Under the pieces are notes generated by a model that saw only the letters and a list, made by a program, of their open reading frames with translations, made no database searches and had not been told where the DNA came from. 50,498 bases of DNA from Mycobacterium sp. (GTDB taxonomy: Bacteria; Actinomycetota; Actinomycetes; Mycobacteriales; Mycobacteriaceae): contig NZ_DATNJW010000263.1 of the NCBI RefSeq assembly GCF_035603715.1, positions 1-50,498 on the forward strand, written 5' to 3'. A program made the position numbers and the translations under genes. This document shows positions 32,501 through 40,309 of this stretch, in pieces (the first letter of the stretch is position 1; the number at the start of each line of letters is the position of its first letter).

Positions 32501-33944
32501 GGACGACCAGGTGAAGGTCCGCGGCTTCCGCATCGAGTGCGCGGAAATCGAACTCGCCTTGATGAATCTCAACGACACGGCGATTCAAGCGGTAGCAGTA
32601 GTGGCACGAAACCTCGATTCGGTGGATTCCGTGCTGGTGGCCTACCTCGTCGGGGACAGTGAAGGGGCGGACCTCGCCGCGATCCGAGCCCACCTGCGCG
32701 CGGTGCTGCCCGCATACATGATTCCGGCGCACTTCCAATGGCTCGACGAATTCCCGCTCACGCCGAGCGGCAAGCGCGACGACAAGGCCCTACGTGAGTT
32801 GCCGTTGGCCGCTGCCGTTGCGCCGTCGGCCGGCGCCACACCCTTTAGCCCGTACGAGCGAGCGGTCGCTGACATCATGGCGGAGTTCGCAGTTAGCGCA
32901 GGATTTGCCGCCGATACCAACTTCTTCGACGCGGGAGGCACATCGATCGGCGCGATGCGTGTGGTGATGGCGATCGCGCGGAGATGGGACGTCGAGATTC
33001 CGCTGGATGCGTTCGTCGCCGCGCCCACCGCCGCTCACATCGCCAGCCTGATCGCGGCCGGTGGCTCGGTGCGGGCGTTCGATCCCGTTGTTGCGCTGCG
33101 GACCTCGGGCGATCGCCCACCACTGTTCCTCGTCCACCCGATCGGTGGAAATGTGCTGTGCTATCTCAATCTCGTCAAGCACCTCCCGGTTGATCAACCG
33201 GTGTACGCGTTGCAGGCGGCCGGTGCCGAGCCCGGCGCGACGCCGCTGCACACGATGAGCGATCTGGCCGTGTCCTATATCGCGGCGATTCGTCGGGTGC
33301 GCCCGCACGGGCCATTCCACATCGGTGGATGGTCGTTCGGTGGCTACGTCGCTGTCGAGATAGCGCGGCAGCTGGCTGACGAGGAACTGGCGCGTCTGAT
33401 CCTTCTCGATACGACCGCGCTCGGCGACGGGCCTCATCCCGTGGTGCCGGAAAGTGAACTGATCACTTGGTTTTTCGGAGAGCTGCTGTTGGAGGCGCAC
33501 GGTATGGAGGCGGCACGGCTGACATTCGAGTTCAACGGAACGGGTCGCGACGCCTCGTTCGATTCGACCCTCCGCAACGCGATCGAGGCGGGAATCGTTC
33601 CCGCCGAGAGTTCGCCACAGTTGATTCGACGGCTCTACGAGATATTCCGCGCCAACTACGAGGCGACGCTGAACTATCGCCACGAGCCGTTGGATCGCGA
33701 TATCACATTGCTGAGGTCAGCCGAAGATCTCCCGGCGGAGTTGGCGGGCCCGCACCGCTTGGTGGGGAGCATGTTCGCCAGTCCCACCAACGGTTGGGAG
33801 ATACTGACGCCGCGCAGCCTGAGGGTGATCGAGGTTGCGGGTGACCACTTGTCGATGATGTCGGAGCCACACGTTGCGGACGTCGCGGCCAAACTGTCTA
33901 CCGAACTCGCTGCGGTCGCGCTCGTTGGCGAGGGTCGGCGATGA
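26556..33944 (+). CDS. NRPS A(Ser)-T-C-T-C-A(imino acid)-T-TE
   Basis: A1 YTSGSTGRPKG and YGPTE, code read as DVWHFSLVDK. T1 and T2 GGDSI. Two C domains HHAILDG. A2 FTSGSTGEPKG, code read as DVQFIVHEVK. T3 GGTSI. TE GWSFG and GDH. TGATG coupling with the PKS. Confidence 0.95.
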   Translation: MLDVDIAQNIRIDRVAADAPGERPAVLSEDGTLCYAEFDSAVNHIAEVLRAKGVERDECVGVIVPRSPQMVVAIHGILRAGAAYVPIDPGYPEARVHTIIEDSGARIIVAGTEFAEIADDLGVDRVEPSIVAADPVEPLASPEDLAYVIYTSGSTGRPKGVMVEHRSVVNRLHWMQRRYPIGSDDVILQKTSVTFDVSVWELLWWAMTGASVALLEPGGERDPRKIIAAVGRHRVTVMHFVPTMLCAFLDELEDQPDSVDRLKSLHTVFCSGEALTPALVERFNRVFATTAVPRLVNLYGPTEATVDVSYFDCPQAGPVDGVPIGKPIDNTRLLVLDERGNRCPVGVPGELNIAGVGLARGYRGRDDLTAAVFVADERVPGGRRYRTGDLARWRADGNLEFLGRADDEVKVRGNRVSPGEVQAVAESCPGVRSAVVIAEPSEIHGNHLIGYFIGESVSPERLREHLAQLLPAYMIPTSFVQLNAFPLTTSGKVDRRALPRPGAPDRSATAPRTPAEAVLADVFASVLKVETVGIYDNFFSVGGDSILALAVRSEAEKRGIAFDVDELFVRPTVAELAETSSRPASEPPGVTDAFATLAPSDRAALCDAEDAFPATVLQLGMLFHSIERAESTMYKDVFRYRLAMPWREREFTDAFDRLVARHPALRSSFDLSQYSVPLQVVWPRVPRAFDAVTGADDLLVWDYLTARHAHTYDLDRAPLYGLRAFVRDDGVDLVFAFHHAILDGWSVANLIRELLQDYLFRLGLDVPAVDAEVRSATILAEHARLERAALDDPVAQEFWRSVLAGSHLTSLGSCVVHEARAPVDSVAAVPIPQWLQDAVGQFAKSRGLPMKSLLLAAHCVTLQRLSGEEDVTTGLVTHGRPGRAGAEEAAGLFLNMIPIRVDHTPATWLGTVEQVDRFERASHRYRRYPLQAMQSDAGRPLLNTAFNYVNYHPFAELFDIAAIELLDFEAHEQTNFALLATVAVDPRTRGLFLFVNGDPHAVTAAQTNEYANTFVRALVAIVRSPEEFIDLGTDDVPARDVTQLGSESAAINPDVGMPPAADRPAAAGHTAAESVLVDVFASVLGLDSVGVHDNFFTVGGDSILALVVRSKAEKRGIAFDLDDLYARPTIAELAEASPRPAAKPQGVTDAFGLLPLIDRAALCDAEDAFPATVLQLGMLFHSIERAESTMYKDVFRYRLAMPWREREFTAAFDRLVARHPALRSSFELNQHSTPVQVVRPGVPRAFDIVTGARDADVEGYIASRHTHRYDFNSAPLYGLRAFVRDEGVDLVFAFHHAILDGWSVANLIRELLQDYLFRLGLDVPAVDAGVHSATILAEHARLERAALEDPAAQEFWRSVMKGSRATALGSYVAHQPPATADPIATILIPPWLQDAAGRFAKSHGLPVKSLLLAAHCVTLQRLSGEADVTTGLVTHGRPDRDGAEVAAGLFLNTIPVRLDDTPATWVDAVERVARFERASHRYRRYPLQAMQSDAGRPLFNVVFNFINYHLFGDPTSAGGIELLAFEVQEQTNFAMWVTAAMDPRTGRLSLRVTGNPAVLTAIQAREYGRSLVRVLAAIVRSPEQAMDSVADELAARDVAQLVSEQAAATPDATALVTDTASWTYAELDRGAERIAAGLLAAGMPPGARVGVMLERSPELIATVLGVLKAGAAVVPMDVSYPRARIELMIERARPFRVMSDIAEVRALMEVPATMTLPVIDPESAAYVLFTSGSTGEPKGVTMPHRALHNLIAWQNRRPSSGAAGSTLQFFPLSFDVSFQEVFSTLCGGGTLRLVSDKQRRDLRALVRLVADEGIERVFLTCVALQAFADAALVTRTRLESLRVVINVGEQLRVTPEIRELCTANPGLVLENHYGPTETHEVASYTMSGAPEDFPTLPPIGTAIDGATIRLLDANLRPVPHGTRGEIYVGGRCLAIGYEARPDLTAERFVTVGGVGESRERMYRTGDLGVQLPSGDLVYLGRADDQVKVRGFRIECAEIELALMNLNDTAIQAVAVVARNLDSVDSVLVAYLVGDSEGADLAAIRAHLRAVLPAYMIPAHFQWLDEFPLTPSGKRDDKALRELPLAAAVAPSAGATPFSPYERAVADIMAEFAVSAGFAADTNFFDAGGTSIGAMRVVMAIARRWDVEIPLDAFVAAPTAAHIASLIAAGGSVRAFDPVVALRTSGDRPPLFLVHPIGGNVLCYLNLVKHLPVDQPVYALQAAGAEPGATPLHTMSDLAVSYIAAIRRVRPHGPFHIGGWSFGGYVAVEIARQLADEELARLILLDTTALGDGPHPVVPESELITWFFGELLLEAHGMEAARLTFEFNGTGRDASFDSTLRNAIEAGIVPAESSPQLIRRLYEIFRANYEATLNYRHEPLDRDITLLRSAEDLPAELAGPHRLVGSMFASPTNGWEILTPRSLRVIEVAGDHLSMMSEPHVADVAAKLSTELAAVALVGEGRR
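28065..31388 (+). repeat. Intragenic tandem duplication of a T-C didomain (period 1671 bp / 557 aa)
   Basis: Matching anchors 28161/29832 (DNFF), 28767/30438 (HHAILDG) and 29667/31338 (ARDV) are all offset by 1671 bp, with long identical stretches. Confidence 0.93.
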
Positions 33945-35104
33945 ACGCGCCGACGGTCGCGGTGGTCGGTGCGGGAATCGGCGGTCTGACTGCCGCCGTC
34001 GCCCTGCGGGCCAAGGGGATCGACGTCGAAATCTACGAGGCCGCACCCCGGCCGCGGATCACCGGCACGGCGCTGGGGCTCGCCAGCAACGCCACGAAAG
34101 TGCTGCGCGCGTTGGGGATCGACCTGCCGGCTGACGCCTGCTGTCGCACGCTTGAACACTTCGAGCTGCGCACCGCCCGCGGTGCGCTGATCCGGGGGCT
34201 GCCGGGCGCGGCCATCACCGCGCAGCTAGGCCATCCCTTTGTAAGCATCCATCGCAACGAGCTGATTAGTACGCTGCGCACCGCCGCCGGCGACACCCCC
34301 ATCCACTATGGCGCCGAGGTGGTCGACGTTGGAATCGAACGATATGGGGCACGCGCCACACTCGTTGACGGTGCCGACGTGCGCGCCGGGGTCTTGATCG
34401 GCGCCGACGGCATAGGATCAGTCGTCCGGTCGACGGTCGCCGGTGATCAGCCGCCGAGCGAGTACGGGTATGTCTGTTGGCTTGCTACCGTGCGGTTTAC
34501 GCACCACCGGATGGCGCCTGGCTATACCGGGCATTATTGGGGTAGGGGACAGCGGTTCGGGCTCATCGACATCGGCGCCGGGATGGCCTACTGGTGGGGA
34601 ACGAAGAACATGCCCGCCGCCCTGGCACGCGACTGGGACGGAGACAAGGCGGACATCCTCGCCGCGTTCGACGGTTGGGCTCCCGAGGTGGTCGAGGCGA
34701 TTGAGCGGACACCGGCGGAAGCCATCGTCAGTGTGCCCGGTCAAGATCGGCCCATCCTCAAGCAGTGGGGCATGGGCCCGATCACCCTGCTGGGCGATGC
34801 GGCGCATCCCATGCTCACCAGCAGATCGCAAGGCGCCAGCTCCGCCGTTGAGGACGGTTATGTGTTGGCGGAGGCGATTGGCCGCCTGCCCGATCCGGTC
34901 CAGGCCCTGCGTGCCTACGAGAACCGGCGCCGAGCCCGCGCCGGAATGTTAGTGCGAAGCTCACGGCGGCTTAACCGGGTAGAGCAGCTGCAGAATCCGG
35001 TCGCTTGTGCGGTGCGTAACCTCGGGATGCGTTGTGCGACCACGCGATCACTGATCCGCCACACCACCCGTCCGATGCGATTCGACCTGGGGTGGACGGC
35101 GTGA
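33941..35104 (+). CDS. FAD-dependent monooxygenase (group A; PxaB/LgnC/BraC-like Baeyer-Villiger candidate)
   Basis: GAGIGG, LIGADG and LLGDAAHPM motifs; HYWGRGQRFGLIDIG...YWWGT segment; ATGA overlap with the NRPS stop. Confidence 0.88.
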   Translation: MNAPTVAVVGAGIGGLTAAVALRAKGIDVEIYEAAPRPRITGTALGLASNATKVLRALGIDLPADACCRTLEHFELRTARGALIRGLPGAAITAQLGHPFVSIHRNELISTLRTAAGDTPIHYGAEVVDVGIERYGARATLVDGADVRAGVLIGADGIGSVVRSTVAGDQPPSEYGYVCWLATVRFTHHRMAPGYTGHYWGRGQRFGLIDIGAGMAYWWGTKNMPAALARDWDGDKADILAAFDGWAPEVVEAIERTPAEAIVSVPGQDRPILKQWGMGPITLLGDAAHPMLTSRSQGASSAVEDGYVLAEAIGRLPDPVQALRAYENRRRARAGMLVRSSRRLNRVEQLQNPVACAVRNLGMRCATTRSLIRHTTRPMRFDLGWTA

Positions 35105-36036
35105 TGCGGGGTTCGGTGACGGTGACGCCGGCGCGCTCGAAGTCGGTTCTTGTTACGGGCGCGTCGAGCGGGCTCGGTAAAGCCGCCGCTATCCACCTCG
35201 GCGAACTCGGTTATCGGGTGTTCGCGGGTGTGCGTACCGAGTCGAGCGCCGCTCAACTCTCCGGGGTGCCGCCGTCGGCGGGGCAGCTGATTCCGGTGCT
35301 GCTCGATGTCACCGACGCAGCGTCGATCGCGTACGCCGGCGAACTCGTTGAACAGGGTTGTAGCGGGACCGGACTGTGGGCCGCCGTGAACAATGCGGGG
35401 ATCGCGATCAGCTCGCCGATGGAATGCGTTCCGGTCGACGTTTTGCGCGCTCAGCTAGAGACAAATGTCGTTGGCACAGTTGCTGTCACGCAGCGCGTGC
35501 TGCCCTTACTGCGCGCATCAGGTGGGAGGATTGTCAACGTCACTTCCGGCATCGTCAACATGGCCGCACCGTATTTAGGAGCATATGCGGCCGCACAGTG
35601 CGCCAAGGAGGGGTTAAGCGACGCGTTGCGACGCGAACTGCGCCCACTCGGGGTTAGCGTCTCGATCATCCAGCCCGGCGCGATCTCCACACCGATCTGG
35701 GACAAGATGCACCGATCCGCCAACGATATCTTTGCAGGGGCCCCCGCCGAGGTTGTCGAAACCTACCGCGAGCGATTCATCGAAATTCTCAACACAAGCA
35801 CGGGTTTCGGGCAGACAGCCAAGACGACAGCCGCGGACTTCGCCGATGCCGTGGCCGCGGCGTTGGCCGCAAGGCGCCCGAAGGCCCGATATCGGGTCGG
35901 CGTCGATTCCTGGGGGAGCGCCCTGGCGCGCCGCGTGGTGTCGGATCGGATGATGGACGCCCTGATCACTACCGTTTACAAGGCCTCGGCGTGGGCTGTG
36001 CCCCCGCACCCATCTGCCCGCGAAATGACGCCATAG
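35104..36036 (+). CDS. Short-chain dehydrogenase/reductase (retinol-DH-like), atypical catalytic motif
   Basis: TGASSGLG, LDVTD, VNNAG, GRIVNVTS; YAAAQ in place of YxxxK. TGATG coupling. Confidence 0.85.
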   Translation: MRGSVTVTPARSKSVLVTGASSGLGKAAAIHLGELGYRVFAGVRTESSAAQLSGVPPSAGQLIPVLLDVTDAASIAYAGELVEQGCSGTGLWAAVNNAGIAISSPMECVPVDVLRAQLETNVVGTVAVTQRVLPLLRASGGRIVNVTSGIVNMAAPYLGAYAAAQCAKEGLSDALRRELRPLGVSVSIIQPGAISTPIWDKMHRSANDIFAGAPAEVVETYRERFIEILNTSTGFGQTAKTTAADFADAVAAALAARRPKARYRVGVDSWGSALARRVVSDRMMDALITTVYKASAWAVPPHPSAREMTP

Positions 36037-37505
36037 TGACCGGCCAGCGCGCGGAACGTCTCCGTCGGGGGGCGAAAAGACGTGTCCTCAGGGGGGGAGC
36101 GGTAATCGCTCGCGGGCAGTTGAACCGCAAGCCCGTGCGGCGTGAACTTTGCCCGGTACCGGAAGGTAGTGACCTGCAACCGATTCCGGGTGACACGGGT
36201 CTGCCAATTATCGGTCACGCCCTGGCAGCGGCGACGCTGCCCGTCGAATTCCTGGAACGGCAGCTGCAAACTTACGGTGCGGTCTCGTGGATGCGTGGAT
36301 TTGGGACGCCGTTCGTCCTCGCGCTGGGTCCGGAAGCCGCCCAGGAAGTGTTCGCCAACAATGACCACGTCTTCTCGCAGAAGGGTCAGGAATTCTTCTC
36401 GGGCCGCTTTTTCGGTCGGGGGCTGATGTTTTTGGACTTCGAAGAACACCACTTCCATCGTCGAATCATGCAGGAGGCGTTCACTCGCGAACGTCTGAAC
36501 GGCTATCTGCAATCGATGGACACGATCTGTCGCACAGCCGCAGCGGGGCCGTCCGAGGGCGAATTGCTGGTTTACCCCTACCTCAAAAGCACCCTCCTCG
36601 ACATTGCAACCGTCGCGTTCATGGGTGAGGAGCCGGGACCACAAAGCCGTCGGATGAACAAGGCCTTCAACGATTGTCTGCGCGCCGCTACTGCCGTGGT
36701 TCGGGTTCCCGTTCCTGGCTTGCGTTGGTCTGCAGGTTTGCGCAGTCGACGCGCGCTCGAGCAGTATTTCCACTCCAACATCGAAGCGCGGCGAACCTCA
36801 GGCGGCGACAACCTGTTCGCAGCACTTTGTCATGCGCGCGACATGGGCGGCCATCAGTTCGCCGACGACGACATCGTCGACCACATGATCTTTCTCATGT
36901 CAGCCGCGACCGATACGAGTGCGGCCGCCGCGACGGCGGCCCTGCATCAGCTGGCGCTGCACCCGGAGTGGCAGAACCGGGTACGCGCGGAATCGGCTGA
37001 GATCGAGGACGCTGGACTTGATCTGGACGCGCTCGATCGCATGCAGTCGCTAGGCATGGTCATCAACGAGTCGATGCGACTGTCCCCTCCGGTGCCTGTG
37101 GTCTGCCGGAAGACACTGGCGGATAGTGCGATTCAGGGGTACTTCGTGCCCACGGACACCATGGTGGTGGTCGCTCCGTTGATCAACCACTACTGGCCCG
37201 GTTTGTGGAGCGACCCGCACACCTTCGACCCCGAGCGGTTCAGCGGCGCGCGGCGCGAGGACAGATCTCACCGTCTTGCCTTCATGCCGTTCGGCGCGGG
37301 CGCGCACAAGTGCATCGGTATGCACTTCGCGACAATCGTGGTCAAGGTCCTGCTGCATCATTTGCTGCGTGACCATCGCATCGAGATGCGGTCCGGCTAC
37401 AGGCTGGAATGGGACATGACCGCGTTGCCGGCTCCGATCGACGACTTCCCGGTGCTGATCCGCCGCACCAACGATTCGTACACGGACGTGACAGCAGCAA
37501 CGTGA
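36036..37505 (+). CDS. Cytochrome P450 (CYP136-like)
   Basis: I-helix SAATDTS, ESMR (ExxR), DPERF, heme motif FGAGAHKCIG. The GTG at 36036 overlaps the SDR stop. Confidence 0.92.
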   Translation: MTGQRAERLRRGAKRRVLRGGAVIARGQLNRKPVRRELCPVPEGSDLQPIPGDTGLPIIGHALAAATLPVEFLERQLQTYGAVSWMRGFGTPFVLALGPEAAQEVFANNDHVFSQKGQEFFSGRFFGRGLMFLDFEEHHFHRRIMQEAFTRERLNGYLQSMDTICRTAAAGPSEGELLVYPYLKSTLLDIATVAFMGEEPGPQSRRMNKAFNDCLRAATAVVRVPVPGLRWSAGLRSRRALEQYFHSNIEARRTSGGDNLFAALCHARDMGGHQFADDDIVDHMIFLMSAATDTSAAAATAALHQLALHPEWQNRVRAESAEIEDAGLDLDALDRMQSLGMVINESMRLSPPVPVVCRKTLADSAIQGYFVPTDTMVVVAPLINHYWPGLWSDPHTFDPERFSGARREDRSHRLAFMPFGAGAHKCIGMHFATIVVKVLLHHLLRDHRIEMRSGYRLEWDMTALPAPIDDFPVLIRRTNDSYTDVTAAT

Positions 37506-37520
37506 ATTGGAGGTTTTCCC

Positions 37521-38378
37521 ATGGACTTTACTTATTTCTTCTCATTCAACCGGTTGGTCTCGAGGCATTTTTACCGCATCCAGACCCGGTTGTTCGCTTC
37601 AGATGACGTGGTATTCCTCAACATTGGTTACGAGGAAGATCCGCCGATGGCACTGCCGCTCGCAGAGTGCGACGAGCCCAACCGGTTCTACATCCAGCTC
37701 TATCATCGGATGGTGACCCAGGCCGATATTACGGAAAAGCAAGTGCTGGAGGTCGGTTGCGGCCACGGCGGCGGAGCCTCTTACCTCACGCGAACCCTGC
37801 ATCCGGCCTCCTACACCGGGCTGGACCTGAACCGGGCCGCCATCACTTTTTGCCGGAAGAGGCACAACGTGCCTGGTCTGGACTTCGTGCACGGTAACGC
37901 AGAGAAGTTACCCTTCCCCGACCAATCTTTTGATGCGGTAATCAATCTCGAGTCCTCGGCTGCCTACCCTCACTTTTCCCGTTTCCTCGCCGAAGTGGCC
38001 CGCGTGCTGCGCCCGGGAGGCCATTTCCTCTACGCGGATCTTCGCCCCCGCGACGGCATAGCCGAGTGGGAGGCGGCGCTGGCCAACACCCCGATGCGGA
38101 GGCTCTCGCAGGAGGTCATCAACGCGCAGGTGCTACGGGGACTAGATAAGAACAGGCGCCGCACACTGGACCTGGTCAACCGCTTGCCGTCCGGCCTGCG
38201 GCGCATCGGCCGCGAGTACTCCGGCACGGAGGGCACGGCGTTCTACCGTGCGATCCAACGCGAAAAGTATCTGTACCGGATGTATTGCTTGACGAAAGAT
38301 TCAGACGGCGTTCCGTGCCCGGGGAGTGACGTCCAACGGAGTGGTGTGCGCGGTGTGGAATCGGAGGGCGTGCCCTAG
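37521..38378 (+). CDS. SAM-dependent lipid O-methyltransferase (Rv2952/Fmt-like)
   Basis: [16 protein letters not shown]...[33 protein letters not shown]; GGAGG RBS. Confidence 0.87.
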   Translation: MDFTYFFSFNRLVSRHFYRIQTRLFASDDVVFLNIGYEEDPPMALPLAECDEPNRFYIQLYHRMVTQADITEKQVLEVGCGHGGGASYLTRTLHPASYTGLDLNRAAITFCRKRHNVPGLDFVHGNAEKLPFPDQSFDAVINLESSAAYPHFSRFLAEVARVLRPGGHFLYADLRPRDGIAEWEAALANTPMRRLSQEVINAQVLRGLDKNRRRTLDLVNRLPSGLRRIGREYSGTEGTAFYRAIQREKYLYRMYCLTKDSDGVPCPGSDVQRSGVRGVESEGVP

Positions 38379-38902
38379 CGCGACAGAAACCGGTCATCTC
38401 GCTGACGGCGAGAGGATACTTCGCCGTTCCCAGTCTGTTTGGGCGCGGTCAGAAGTTCCGCGTTCTCCGGTCGGACCTCGAGCACGCACTCCTTTCCCTT
38501 CTCGCCGGACGTGACGAAGCGACGCACCAGCGGGAGAAGTCGAATGTGGGCGAGCGCATTTAAGAACCCTCGTCGGCTCAGGATGTACTTCCGGTAGTCG
38601 CGGACTAGATACCATCGACATATCCGAGAGTCGGTACGCACTATCGCGCCGCCGTGGATCCTCAGGATTCCCGACTCGTTCGGCTCGCTCTCAACGCCGA
38701 ACAAGATCGTGACCCGTGGGTTGGCCTTGACGTTCAGAGCTGCCAGTGTTCGGTCCGTCGTGCCGAGGTAAATTTTCCCGTTCCCACATACGAAGTAGAG
38801 CGGGTTCACGTGAGGTCGTCCGGAGCGAGAGACCGTCGCAACGCGCGCCACCATCGCGTGACGGAGGATGCCGACTATCGCCGGATCGTCAGGATTCATC
38901 AT
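38375..38902 (-). CDS. Pyridoxamine 5'-phosphate oxidase-like (flavin/F420-binding split beta-barrel) protein
   Basis: [20 protein letters not shown]...[10 protein letters not shown] pattern. Confidence 0.8.
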   Translation of the reverse strand: MMNPDDPAIVGILRHAMVARVATVSRSGRPHVNPLYFVCGNGKIYLGTTDRTLAALNVKANPRVTILFGVESEPNESGILRIHGGAIVRTDSRICRWYLVRDYRKYILSRRGFLNALAHIRLLPLVRRFVTSGEKGKECVLEVRPENAELLTAPKQTGNGEVSSRRQRDDRFLSR

Positions 38903-39266
38903 CCACTTCCCTCAAGCGCGCGTAGTCCCAAGCAACGCTTCGCGTCGGCTGGACTTCGAAGCAGAAGAAGTCGTCCGTCAGGCCCTGCACCACACCCGGC
39001 GGGCGGACATGTCCGCGCAGGTAAATCGCCCGCAGGTCAAAGAACTGGACACCATCATCGATGAGCAGCACCACTTCCTGTTGGGCAGTGGGACGATTCG
39101 CGGCGCCCGAGGGCATGCAGACCAAGTAGCGATCTTCCTCGCAGAGAACGGTGACTGGTTCAACTCGTGGGCCCTCTTCGCCGGCGAAAGCCACGCACGC
39201 GCGCGGCACGCGCTCCAAGAGATCGTGGACCTCCGTGAGATCGACGTTCAGCGTAATTCGCCTCAC
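38889..39266 (-). CDS. Small split-barrel (PNPOx-like) protein
   Basis: RACVAF...PRVEPV, VVLLIDDG..FFDLRAIYLRG, VAWDY pattern; overlaps the downstream gene by 14 bp. Confidence 0.65.
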   Translation of the reverse strand: MRRITLNVDLTEVHDLLERVPRACVAFAGEEGPRVEPVTVLCEEDRYLVCMPSGAANRPTAQQEVVLLIDDGVQFFDLRAIYLRGHVRPPGVVQGLTDDFFCFEVQPTRSVAWDYARLREVDDES

Positions 39267-39276
39267 CTAGACACCT

Positions 39277-39327
39277 TCAAAGGTCATCCTCGTTGCGACC
39301 GAGTGCTCGCTGCATCATCATCATCAT
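39277..39327 (-). other. Short ORF MMMMMQRALGRNEDDL, probable vestige of the secreted-protein N-terminus or a leader peptide
   Basis: Follows the duplicated AAGGAG RBS; (ATG)5 then CAG; stop TGA at 39279-39277, 10 nt before the next GTG start. Confidence 0.45.
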
Positions 39328-39458
39328 CTCCTTCGATGACGGCCGACGATTTCTCACCGATAGCTATCTCCGAAAGGAATCCTCGCTGGCCTGAGGCGCG
39401 ACCAGCGCGGTAGTGCGCCACTGCAATCCCGGCCGTCCTCGGCTCGGACTACTTAAGC
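39323..39458 (+). repeat. 136-bp direct repeat, copy 2
   Basis: 126/136 identical to 17693-17828; offset 21630 bp. Confidence 0.95.
39379..39424 (-). promoter_or_regulatory. Cluster operator + 22 bp + GAGGAT (promoter of the split-barrel gene pair)
   Basis: Site at 39407-39424 within repeat copy 2. Confidence 0.68.
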
Positions 39459-39464
39459 GGGAAT

Positions 39465-39510
39465 GCAGTGGCCCACTACTGCGCCTCCTCATCTCACCGC
39501 GAGTGACGAT
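39465..39510 (+). promoter_or_regulatory. Cluster operator GCAGTG-gcccac-TACTGC + 22 bp + GACGAT (promoter of the ABC exporter)
   Basis: Site at 39465-39482 and hexamer at 39505-39510; lies outside the 136-bp repeat. Confidence 0.7.
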
Positions 39511-39544
39511 CAATCGGCCACAACGCCAAGGGAAGAGGCGCGAA

Positions 39545-40309
39545 GTGTCCGAATTAGCTGAGTCTGAGCGTGTCCTCCGCGAGGTGGGGCGTCCCGACGA
39601 TTCCATGACGCCGGTACTGCAGCTCAAGGACGTCGGCAAGACGTACCGCAGGGGCGACGAGCAGGTGCATGTGCTTGTCGACTTCGACTTCACTTTGAAC
39701 GCAGGCGAATTCGTGGTCGTGACCGGACCATCGGGAGCGGGCAAATCGACCCTCCTGCATGTTGCGGGTGGTCTGGACGCACCGGACAACGGCACGGTCG
39801 CCGTCGCCGGCCAGGACATCTGGGCGCAGAGCACCGGCAGGCGCGCCGCGTTCCGACGGCGCAACCTCGGATTCGTCTTCCAGTTCTTCAACTTGGTGCC
39901 GATGCTGACCGCGGTGGAGAACGTGTCGCTGCCACTAGTGCTGGACGGTGTGCCGAGCCGATCAGCAGACGCCCGCGCCGAGGCGCTACTGCAACGGGTC
40001 GGGCTAGGCGACCGCGCGCGGCACCGGCCGGCCGAACTCTCGGGCGGACAAATGCAAAGGGTGGCGGTGGCGCGCGCGCTGGTGGCCCGGCCATCCATCA
40101 TTCTCGCCGACGAGCCAACCGGAAACCTGGACAGCCATTCTTCGACCGAGGTCTTGGATCTCCTGCGCTCGCTGTCGGACGAAGAAGGCGCGGCGGTCGT
40201 CCTGGTGACACACGACCAGGCGGCGGCCCGCTACGGCACCCGCGAGCTGCATCTGGTCGACGGGCACGCATACGGCGCCGATACCGCCGCGCCCGTCGCG
40301 GAGCGATGA
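39545..40309 (+). CDS. ABC transporter ATP-binding protein (LolD/MacB type)
   Basis: GPSGAGKS, GFVFQFFNL, LSGGQMQR, ILADEPTGNLD, VTHD. GTG at 39545 has a GGAAGAGG RBS; alternative ATG at 39605. Confidence 0.93.
   Translation: MSELAESERVLREVGRPDDSMTPVLQLKDVGKTYRRGDEQVHVLVDFDFTLNAGEFVVVTGPSGAGKSTLLHVAGGLDAPDNGTVAVAGQDIWAQSTGRRAAFRRRNLGFVFQFFNLVPMLTAVENVSLPLVLDGVPSRSADARAEALLQRVGLGDRARHRPAELSGGQMQRVAVARALVARPSIILADEPTGNLDSHSSTEVLDLLRSLSDEEGAAVVLVTHDQAAARYGTRELHLVDGHAYGADTAAPVAER

Noticed and set aside
17693-39458. Repeats as att sites or IS ends of a mobile element
   Set aside because: No integrase, transposase or tRNA in the window; the repeat content is promoter/RBS sequence.
39413-39544. 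N-terminal extension of the ABC ATPase
   Set aside because: Runs through the repeat, operator and promoter elements; a better start is at 39545 or 39605.
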